Origin: Tagaea sp.
GTDB lineage: Bacteria > Pseudomonadota > Alphaproteobacteria > CACIAM-22H2
Reading direction: 5' to 3'
Assembly (NCBI GenBank): GCA_965279525.1
Contig: CBDIIB010000004.1
Coordinates: forward strand, 704,001-768,000
Length of the DNA: 64,000 nt
A model generated the notes under the pieces. It was not told where the DNA came from and made no database searches. It worked only from the letters and a program-made list of their open reading frames with translations. Below are positions 1 to 9,041 of this stretch, one piece after another (the stretch's first letter is position 1; each line of letters starts with the position of its first letter). Made by a program: the position numbers and the translations under genes.

Positions 1-59
1 CGGCCCCGCTAACACCCGGATAGTTTTAGCAAAATACAGGGGAAGCGGTTAAAAGGTCA

Positions 60-929
60 TTACTTACCTTGTAACAGCTTGATAATGCCGGAAAAATCCA
101 GACTACCCCGGCCTCCCGATACCATCAGAGCGTACAGCGCCTGGGCCGCGGCCCCCAACGGGGTCGACTGGCCGGCACTCTGCGCGGCCGCCTGGGCGAG
201 CTTCAGGTCCTTCAGCATCATGTCGGCGGTGAAGCCCGGCTTGTAATCGCGGTTGGCCGGCGACGCGGGCACTGGCCCGGGCACCGGGCAGTACGCCGTC
301 ATCGACCAGCACTGGCCCGACGATTTCGAGCTGATGTCGAAAAGCTTCTGCGCGTCGAGGCCGAGTTTCTCGGCAAGGCTGAAACCTTCGGCGACCGCGA
401 CCATCGAAATGCCGAGGATCATGTTGTTGCAGATCTTCGCGGCCTGCCCGTTGCCGGGGCCGCCGGCATGCACGATGGTCTTGCCCATCTGGGCGAGCAG
501 CGGTTGGGCGCGCTCGAACGCGCGGGTACTGCCGCCGACCATGAAGGTGAGCGTGCCGGCTTCCGCCCCGCCCGTCCCGCCCGACACCGGTGCGTCGACC
601 ATGTCGAGTCCGTAGCCCTCGGCCTTCTTCGCGACCGCGCGCGCGGTGTCGACATCGATGGTCGAGCAGTCGGCCAGCAGCGCGCCCTTGGGCGTCACGG
701 GGAGGATCTCGTCGTAGACGCCGCGCACGTGCGGCCCGGCGGGCAACATCGTGACGACGATCTCGGCCCCTTTCACCGCTTCGGCCGCGGACTTCGCGGG
801 TGCCACCCCGGCCGCCTCGACGTTCTTCGCCACCATGTCGAAGCCGCGCAAGCTGTGCCCGGCCTTGACGAGGTTGCGGGCCATCGGCCCGCCCATGTTG
901 CCAAGCCCGATGAATGCGATGGTCGCCAT
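60..929 (-). CDS. mmsB: 3-hydroxyisobutyrate dehydrogenase
   Basis: FIGLGNMGGPMA Rossmann motif, DAPVSGG, GQAAKICNNM, SSGQCWS and PGFTADMMLKDL motifs typical of MmsB. Confidence 0.95.
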   Translation of the reverse strand: MATIAFIGLGNMGGPMARNLVKAGHSLRGFDMVAKNVEAAGVAPAKSAAEAVKGAEIVVTMLPAGPHVRGVYDEILPVTPKGALLADCSTIDVDTARAVAKKAEGYGLDMVDAPVSGGTGGAEAGTLTFMVGGSTRAFERAQPLLAQMGKTIVHAGGPGNGQAAKICNNMILGISMVAVAEGFSLAEKLGLDAQKLFDISSKSSGQCWSMTAYCPVPGPVPASPANRDYKPGFTADMMLKDLKLAQAAAQSAGQSTPLGAAAQALYALMVSGGRGSLDFSGIIKLLQGK

Positions 930-954
930 GACGCGTTCCTCCCCTGTTTCTTCT

Positions 955-3098
<2,144 letters not shown>

Positions 3099-3135
3099 CG
3101 AACCCGCAAGTCTGTCCCGAGATTTTTGCGGTCCT

Positions 3136-3192
3136 GTTGACGCCGAGTTGACGCCGAGTTGACATCGAGTTGACGCCGAGTTGACCGTCAAC
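3136..3192. repeat. 11-bp tandem repeat array GTTGAC(GC/AT)CGA x4, ending in the palindrome GTTGAC-C-GTCAAC
   Basis: Units at 3136, 3147, 3158 (GTTGACATCGA) and 3169; palindrome 3180-3192; further GTTGAC/GTCAAC at 3223-3234 and 3249-3254. Confidence 0.9.
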
Positions 3193-3283
3193 ACGCAACG
3201 CCTTGATCGCATTCGATACCCGGTTGACGTTGACAGGAATCAAGCGCCGTCAACCAAACCTTGCGGTCCTGCTTTTTTCAATC

Positions 3284-3303
3284 CTTCACGATGTCAAACA
3301 GCG
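3284..3303 (-). promoter_or_regulatory. boxA-like antitermination element (minus strand CGCTGTTTGACATCGTGAAG)
   Basis: GCTGTTTGACA resembles the boxA consensus GCTCTTTAACA; lies about 25 nt downstream of the predicted start of the 3334-3362 promoter. Confidence 0.45.
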
Positions 3304-3333
3304 CACGGCCGGATCGCTCCGACCGATCGCAGG

Positions 3334-3362
3334 ACTATAGGCTGTTGAAGGATTAAATACAA
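3334..3362 (-). promoter_or_regulatory. putative sigma70 promoter TTGTAT-N17-TATAGT
   Basis: Plus-strand ATACAA (3357-3362) and ACTATA (3334-3339) separated by exactly 17 nt in an AT-rich patch. Confidence 0.6.
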
Positions 3363-3390
3363 CCATAACTACAAATGTAACTGTCCAGAT

Positions 3391-4188
3391 TCACTGCACC
3401 GAAAGAGCCGGTACCCGCATGTTGAACGATGCGTTGTTGGCGATGGCCGTCGCGATCGAGATCACGATGGGGGACGGGAGGCTGCCGAGACCGGTGTAGT
3501 TGGCGAGCCTCACGTTCGCCACCGACGACCACGCCGACACGTCGGCATTCGCGAACTGCAGCATGTCGGCGAGGATCATTCCGTTGGGCGCCATGCGCAC
3601 GCCGACATTGTTGGCGACCGCCGTTGCGGCACTTTCCACCGTCGCGTTGACGACGGAATCCACGGTCGAGGCCGCCCGGACAATCGCCTTCTGAAGCGCA
3701 CCCTCGAGCACCAGCGAACCGAGGAACGCCGCGACCGACAGGTTCGAGTTGCCCGTCGGCGCGACCGACGGCCCCTGCCCATCGCCCGAGCCGCCGCCGG
3801 CCGCGAACTGGCCGATATGCAGCTGCAAGGCCGTGTCGGAATCAACGCCGAGATTGTTCGCGACTGCCGTGGCGGCACTGGTGACCGAACCCAGATCCGT
3901 CGCCGGGATCGTGATCCCGTCGATTCCGGCCGTGCCGCCCGGCGAAGCCTGGTTGTTCGTGATGTCGGTCACTTCGGTCGTCGCGACGACGTTGCCGAAA
4001 TGCACCTGCAGGGACTCCACCATCGTCATGTCGGTCGGGGCGATGTCGATGCGGATGTCGACGTTCTTCGTGACCGTCTCGACGATCGCGGCGTCCCACG
4101 ACCAGCTGACGCGGTCGAAGGCCAGGACGGGCGATGAGGTAGCAAGCGACAGGGCGGCCAGCAGGCCCGATTTCAAGATGGAAGACAT
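3391..4188 (-). CDS. secreted beta-repeat protein (ATAV(A/G)NN repeats), HfaA/HfaD-like putative surface or amyloid-like protein, paralog 1
   Basis: Sec signal peptide (SSPVLA|FD), no Cys, rich in A/V/T/S/N/G, three S-x-ATA(V/I)ANN motifs; AAGGAG RBS; paralogous to 4389-5387. The function is an inference. Confidence 0.6.
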   Translation of the reverse strand: MSSILKSGLLAALSLATSSPVLAFDRVSWSWDAAIVETVTKNVDIRIDIAPTDMTMVESLQVHFGNVVATTEVTDITNNQASPGGTAGIDGITIPATDLGSVTSAATAVANNLGVDSDTALQLHIGQFAAGGGSGDGQGPSVAPTGNSNLSVAAFLGSLVLEGALQKAIVRAASTVDSVVNATVESAATAVANNVGVRMAPNGMILADMLQFANADVSAWSSVANVRLANYTGLGSLPSPIVISIATAIANNASFNMRVPALSVQ

Positions 4189-4215
4189 GACGGCTGCTCC
4201 TTTGTCGGGAAAGTC

Positions 4216-4291
4216 CGACGCCAGAATACGCCGTGCCGGCCCGCGATTGCCGGGGCAGACGGATGGATTTCAGGGCAAGCGTGATATTCCG
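4216..4291 (-). promoter_or_regulatory. duplicated 76-bp upstream element, copy A (dyad box plus TATTCT -10-like hexamer)
   Basis: 65/76 identical to 5463-5538 by manual alignment; 4265-4291 GGATTTCAGGGCAAGCGTGATATTCCG is identical in both copies. Confidence 0.8.
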
Positions 4292-4332
4292 GCGGTCTTC
4301 CCGCCCGTTCGGGGTATTGCCGTTCGGGCCGG

Positions 4333-4369
4333 AAAAAGAAAGGGAGGAACCGGCGGACCGGTCCCTCCC
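4333..4369 (-). terminator. intrinsic terminator after paralog 2
   Basis: Minus strand GGGAGGGACCGG-TCCG-CCGGTTCCTCCC followed by TTTCTTTTT. Confidence 0.85.
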
Positions 4370-4388
4370 CTTGTCGAGACGCATTCCG

Positions 4389-5387
4389 TTACTGCGCTGA
4401 AACGACCGGCGCCTTCACGGAGATCGATGCGTTGTTGCCCACGGCCGTCGCGACCGAACCCACGATCGGACGGGTCAGGGAACCGAGGCCCGTGTAGTTG
4501 CTGAGCGTCACGTCCGTCACCTTCGAACGCGCCGTCACGTCGGCATAGGCGAACTGCGTCACGTCGCCGATGAGCAGCCCGTTGGGGCCCATCGTGACCG
4601 TGAGGTTGTTCGCGACTGCCGTTGCCGAGCTGTCGACCGTGGCGTTGACGATGTCGGCCACCGTCGAAGTCGCCCGGATTTCGGCCTTCGTGGCTCCACC
4701 GGTCGAAGCAAGCGTGGCGAGCACGGCTGCGATCGTCAGGTTGGAGTTGCCGGTCGAGACGGAAGGAACGCCGCCTTCGCTGCCCGAGAGACCGCCAACG
4801 GTGAACTGGCCGATGTGCAGCTGCAGGGCAGTGTCGGAGTCGATGCTGAGGTTGTTCGCGACTGCCGTTGCGGCACTCGAGACCGAGCCCAGTTCGGTGG
4901 CGGCGGCGAGAGACGCCGTCGCCGGGATGACGAACCCGCCCACGCCGATCGTGCCGACCACGGTGCCGTTGATGCCGTTGGGCGCGTCGTCGCTCTCGTT
5001 GACCGAGCCGAAGAGGATCTTCGGGCTCTTGAAGTCGTCGTCGAGGAACTCGCCGGGCGCACCGGCCACACCCAGCCCGTAATGGAACTGGAACGGAATG
5101 ACGACATCATCCGTCACGCCGCCGGGCGAAGGCTGGTTGTTCGTGATGCCGGTCACTTCGGACGTCGCCGTGACGTTGCCGATGTTGGCCTGCAGCGATT
5201 CCACCATCACCATCCCGGTCGGGCTGATGTCGATGTTGACGTTCACGTTCTTGACGATCGTTTCGGTGATGGTGGCATCCCAGGACCAGTCGACATTGTC
5301 GAACGCGAGTGCTGGTGACGCCAGGGCGAGCGTGACGGCGATCGCCGACGCACCGGCCAGAAGGCCTGCTTTCGTGATGCGAGACAT
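4389..5387 (-). CDS. secreted beta-repeat protein (ATAV(A/G)NN repeats), HfaA/HfaD-like putative surface or amyloid-like protein, paralog 2
   Basis: ATG 5387 after AAGGAG; signal peptide ASPALA|FD; motifs SAATAVANNLSI, SSATAVANNLTV, SVATAVGNNASI; no Cys. Confidence 0.6.
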   Translation of the reverse strand: MSRITKAGLLAGASAIAVTLALASPALAFDNVDWSWDATITETIVKNVNVNIDISPTGMVMVESLQANIGNVTATSEVTGITNNQPSPGGVTDDVVIPFQFHYGLGVAGAPGEFLDDDFKSPKILFGSVNESDDAPNGINGTVVGTIGVGGFVIPATASLAAATELGSVSSAATAVANNLSIDSDTALQLHIGQFTVGGLSGSEGGVPSVSTGNSNLTIAAVLATLASTGGATKAEIRATSTVADIVNATVDSSATAVANNLTVTMGPNGLLIGDVTQFAYADVTARSKVTDVTLSNYTGLGSLTRPIVGSVATAVGNNASISVKAPVVSAQ

Positions 5388-5462
5388 GGGCTTTCTCCTT
5401 GAACGGTTGAAGGCATCGTGCCCGGGCAGGCTGGATCGCACGCACGGGGTGGCTTTTATGCG

Positions 5463-5538
5463 CGACGCCAGAATAGGATTTGCCGGACCGCAATTGCCGA
5501 CGCAGGCGGTCGGATTTCAGGGCAAGCGTGATATTCCG
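5463..5538 (-). promoter_or_regulatory. duplicated 76-bp upstream element, copy B
   Basis: Second copy of 4216-4291; identical 27-bp core at 5512-5538. Confidence 0.8.
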
Positions 5539-5610
5539 ACGCGATGGCGCGGCCCATCGGGATATCGACGTTCGGATTGGCCGTCCCCGTTCAGGCAGCG
5601 GACGAAGCGC

Positions 5611-6315
5611 CTAGCCCCACGGCCCCGTGCGGGTGCGGCCGGCAAACAGCGGCACGTCGCGCCGCTTGAAGAACGGCAGCAGCACGAGGCCCGCGGCGAA
5701 GCCGCCGATATGCGCCCACCACGCCACGCCGCCGGCATCGGCGTCTTCCAGCAGTCCATTGGCGAGTTGCACGACGATCCAGAAGCCGAGCACGAAATAG
5801 GCCGGCAGCCACGCGAGCCGGAAGAACGCGAAGCTGTAGACCTTGGCGTGCGGGTGCAGCAGCAGATAGGCGGCAAGCACGCCCGACACGGCCCCCGAAG
5901 CGCCGATCATCGGGATCTCGGAATGGAAATCGACAAGTGCCTGCGAGAGTGCGGCCGCGAACCCGCACGCGAGATAGAACAGCGCGAAGCGAACGCGCCC
6001 CATCGAATCCTCGACATTGTTCCCGAAGGTCCACAGATAGAGCATGTTGCCCGCGACATGCATCAGGCTGCCATGCAGGAACATCGAGCTGACCACCGTC
6101 AGCCACGGACCAGGCGTGTCGATATAGGGCGGAAGTTCGCCCGTGCCGCCGAGCACGGCCGGGATCATGCCGTAGCCGAGCACGAAGAACATGCCGGCAC
6201 GCTCGTCGAGCGTGAGCTGGTAGAGGAAAACCGCCGCGTTGATCGCCACGCTCGCGGCCGTCAGCAGTGCGAAGCGGCGCGTCGGGTTGTCGTCGTGCAG
6301 CGGGACGAGAAGCAA
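5611..6315 (-). CDS. rhomboid family intramembrane serine protease
   Basis: SMFLHGSLMHVAGNMLYLWTFGNNVED, GASGAVSG catalytic Ser, AHIGGF catalytic His. Confidence 0.93.
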   Translation of the reverse strand: MLLVPLHDDNPTRRFALLTAASVAINAAVFLYQLTLDERAGMFFVLGYGMIPAVLGGTGELPPYIDTPGPWLTVVSSMFLHGSLMHVAGNMLYLWTFGNNVEDSMGRVRFALFYLACGFAAALSQALVDFHSEIPMIGASGAVSGVLAAYLLLHPHAKVYSFAFFRLAWLPAYFVLGFWIVVQLANGLLEDADAGGVAWWAHIGGFAAGLVLLPFFKRRDVPLFAGRTRTGPWG

Positions 6316-6322
6316 AAGCCGC

Positions 6323-7171
6323 CTATTCGAGGATGAACCGCAGGATCGTGCCGATCTGGTCGGGCGCCATCAGCGCCGGCGCATGGCCGCACCCGGCGAT
6401 CTCGACCGCGTCGCAGTTCGGCTTCTTGGCCATGCGCAGCAACGTTTCGCGCAGCAGGAGGTCGGAATCCGCACCGCGGATCGCCAGCACGGGCACGCGC
6501 ACCTGGTCCCAGAAGGGCCACAGCGCCAGATCGTCGGCCGGCTTGTCCTGGAACGGCTTGCCGATCGCCGGGTCGTAGCGCAGGCGCAGATTGCCGTCGC
6601 CGGACTCCTCGGCGCTGTGGAAGGCAAGATGCATCCATTCGGCATCGGTAAGCTGGCCGAAAGGTGCGTGCACCTTGCGCAAGTACGCCTCGACCGCGCC
6701 GAAATCCTCGAACCGCTGGTCGCGGCCGACATAATCGCCCAGACGCTTGAGTGCTGCCGCCGGGATGAACGGGCCGACGTCGTTGAGCACGAGCTTGCGG
6801 ATGAACTGGCCGCGCTGGGCGGCCAGCAGCATGCCGATCAGCCCGCCCATCGACGTGCCGATCCAGTCCACCTTCTCGACATCGAGGCGCGCATAGAGCG
6901 CCGAGACCGTCTGCATGTAGATCGGATAGGCATAGTCGTCGGGCTTGGGCAGCCAGTCGGAAGCGCCGCGCCCCGGCATGTCCGGGCACACGACCCGGCA
7001 GCCTTCCTCGCCAAGGGCGCGTGCGAGCGCGTCGAAGTCGCGCCCGTTGCGCGTCAGGCCGTGGACGCAGATCACCGTGCGGGCGGCGTCGTGCGGGCCC
7101 CATTCCGTCCAGGCGAGACGAAAAAATCCGGCGGGCCCGAGAACGGGCATCGAGTTGGCGCGAGGCGTCAT
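6323..7171 (-). CDS. alpha/beta hydrolase
   Basis: HGLTRNGRDF, DMPGRGAS, GTSMGG nucleophile elbow, GHAPAL; start set at MTPRANS. Confidence 0.9.
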   Translation of the reverse strand: MTPRANSMPVLGPAGFFRLAWTEWGPHDAARTVICVHGLTRNGRDFDALARALGEEGCRVVCPDMPGRGASDWLPKPDDYAYPIYMQTVSALYARLDVEKVDWIGTSMGGLIGMLLAAQRGQFIRKLVLNDVGPFIPAAALKRLGDYVGRDQRFEDFGAVEAYLRKVHAPFGQLTDAEWMHLAFHSAEESGDGNLRLRYDPAIGKPFQDKPADDLALWPFWDQVRVPVLAIRGADSDLLLRETLLRMAKKPNCDAVEIAGCGHAPALMAPDQIGTILRFILE

Positions 7172-7270
7172 CGGCAACCGTTCTACCCCGCCGGGGCGCC
7201 TATGGACAACCATGCGCTCGCCCCCGTACAAACGCGCCCGAGAAACCCCCGCCGGACATACCGATTCCCC

Positions 7271-8140
7271 ATGCCAGCGCTTTCGCCCCGCGCCCAAGGC
7301 TACCTCTACGCATTGGCTGCACCCTTGTGCTGGTCGACGGGCGGCGTGGTGATGCGCACCGTCGACGCGGACGCCTGGGACATCGTGTTCTGGCGTGCGG
7401 CCGGCCATGCGGTCTGCTTCCCGTTCGTGCTGGCGTTCATCCTGCGCATCGATCCCTTGCGGGGCCTGCGCGACATGCCGCCGGTCGCCATCGCGTCGGC
7501 CCTGCTGCTGGCCGCGAGCTTCGTGCTGCACGTCATCGCGATGACCGCGACGACGGTCGCCGACGCGCTGGTGCTGCAATCCACCTCGCCGCTGATGGTC
7601 GCGGTGCTGGCGCGCATCGTGCTCAAGGACCATGTCCCGGCCGCAAGCTGGATCGCCATCGCGGTGGCGTTCGCCGGCCTCGTGCTCGTGATGGGCGCTT
7701 CGTTCGACGACGGCGGGCTGGTCGGCAAGCTTGCCGCACTCGCCGTGGCGCTGGTCTCGGCCGTCAACGTCATCCTGATCCGGGGTGCGCGCACGCTCGA
7801 CCTGCGGCCGGCGACGGTGTTCGCGGCCCTGATCGCCTGTGCGGTCGCACTCGTCTTCGGCAGTCCGTTCGGCACTTCGGCGGGCGACGCGGCGGCGATC
7901 TTCGTGCTCGGCTTCGTGCAGATGTCGGTCGGGCTCACGTTCTTCTACACCGCCCTCAAGCGCCTCGATCCGGTGTCGGTCACGCTGATCGCCCTGGTCG
8001 AGCCGTTGCTGGGGCCGTTCTGGACGTGGCTTGCGGTCGGCGAGGAGCCCACGCAGGGCACGCTGGTCGGCGGGGCCGTGCTGATCGGAGCACTCGCCTT
8101 CAACACGCTGGCGACCATGCGTTCACGGCCAACATCATGA
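7271..8140 (+). CDS. DMT/EamA family transporter
   Basis: About 10 hydrophobic segments with EamA motifs (LIALVEPLLGPFWTWLAVGE). Confidence 0.88.
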   Translation: MPALSPRAQGYLYALAAPLCWSTGGVVMRTVDADAWDIVFWRAAGHAVCFPFVLAFILRIDPLRGLRDMPPVAIASALLLAASFVLHVIAMTATTVADALVLQSTSPLMVAVLARIVLKDHVPAASWIAIAVAFAGLVLVMGASFDDGGLVGKLAALAVALVSAVNVILIRGARTLDLRPATVFAALIACAVALVFGSPFGTSAGDAAAIFVLGFVQMSVGLTFFYTALKRLDPVSVTLIALVEPLLGPFWTWLAVGEEPTQGTLVGGAVLIGALAFNTLATMRSRPTS

Positions 8141-9003
8141 GCCGGTCGTCGCCGCGCGGCGTGGCGATCATGGTCGCCGCGGGGTTCGCCTGGAGCACGA
8201 GCGGCCTGTTCGTGCGCGCCCTCGACGGGACGAGTGCCTGGGAGATGGTGTTCTGGCGCTCGCTGGGCATGATCGCGTTCCTCGGGGCCTACATGCTCTG
8301 GCGCTACCGGCGCGACACCGTGGCCAAGATCGCGGCACTGGGTGCGGGCGGGCTCACGGCGGCGGCCCTGCTCGCCTCGACATTCTTCTTCTTCCTCTAC
8401 GCCGTCAGCGCCACGACGGTGGCGACGGCGCTGTTCTTGATGAGCACGTCGCCCTTCTGGGCGGCCGTCGTCGCGCGCATCGTGCTGGGCGAGCCGCTTG
8501 CCGTGCGCACGCTCGCCGCCATCGCGGCGTGCATCGTCGGCGTGACGATCATGGTGGGCGATGCGCTCGAGTTCGGCTCGATCCTCGGGCCTCTGTCGGC
8601 CCTTTGCGTATCGATCGCCTTCGGGTTCCAGATCACCGTGATGCGCAAGCTCGGCGGACGGGTCGACATGGTGCCGAGCGTGCTCGTCGCCGGGCTCATC
8701 TCGGCCGTGCTCGCCCTGCCGCTCGCCTGGCCGCTGTCGGCAAGTCCGCACGACGTCTTCGTCCTGATGGCGATGGGTGTCATCCAGCTTGGCTGCGGAT
8801 GCCTGCTGATGACGATCGCGACACGCCATCTCGCGGCCGCCGATGTCGGCCTGATCGGACTGCTGGAGACCATCCTGGGACCGCTCTGGGTCTGGCTCCT
8901 CTTCGCCGAACGGCCCAGCAACGCGACGCTGCTGGGGGGCGCCATCATCCTCGCGGCACTCGTCGCGAACGAGGTCGTTGGCCTGCGTCGGCGCGTCCGC
9001 TAA
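8137..9003 (+). CDS. DMT/EamA family transporter (paralog of the upstream gene)
   Basis: ATGA overlap with the previous gene; LIGLLETILGPLWVWLLFAERP. Confidence 0.88.
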   Translation: MSRSSPRGVAIMVAAGFAWSTSGLFVRALDGTSAWEMVFWRSLGMIAFLGAYMLWRYRRDTVAKIAALGAGGLTAAALLASTFFFFLYAVSATTVATALFLMSTSPFWAAVVARIVLGEPLAVRTLAAIAACIVGVTIMVGDALEFGSILGPLSALCVSIAFGFQITVMRKLGGRVDMVPSVLVAGLISAVLALPLAWPLSASPHDVFVLMAMGVIQLGCGCLLMTIATRHLAAADVGLIGLLETILGPLWVWLLFAERPSNATLLGGAIILAALVANEVVGLRRRVR

Positions 9004-9041
9004 GACTGTCTCCTCGCATCATGCCGGGAGAACGCCTGACC

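Noticed and set aside
3136-3192. CRISPR array
   Set aside because: Units are 11 bp and contiguous with no unique spacers; no cas genes in the window
4216-4291. Known riboswitch (for example c-di-GMP-I/II) in the duplicated upstream element
   Set aside because: Expected conserved motifs not recognised, outer stem not conserved between copies, and a -10-like hexamer at its 3' end suggests most of it is untranscribed
3391-5387. Calling the pair curlin csgA/csgB or fapB/fapC
   Set aside because: They lack the regular curlin N-x-A-x-x-x-Q-x-G repeat and the FapC C-terminal CxxC; no secretion genes are adjacent
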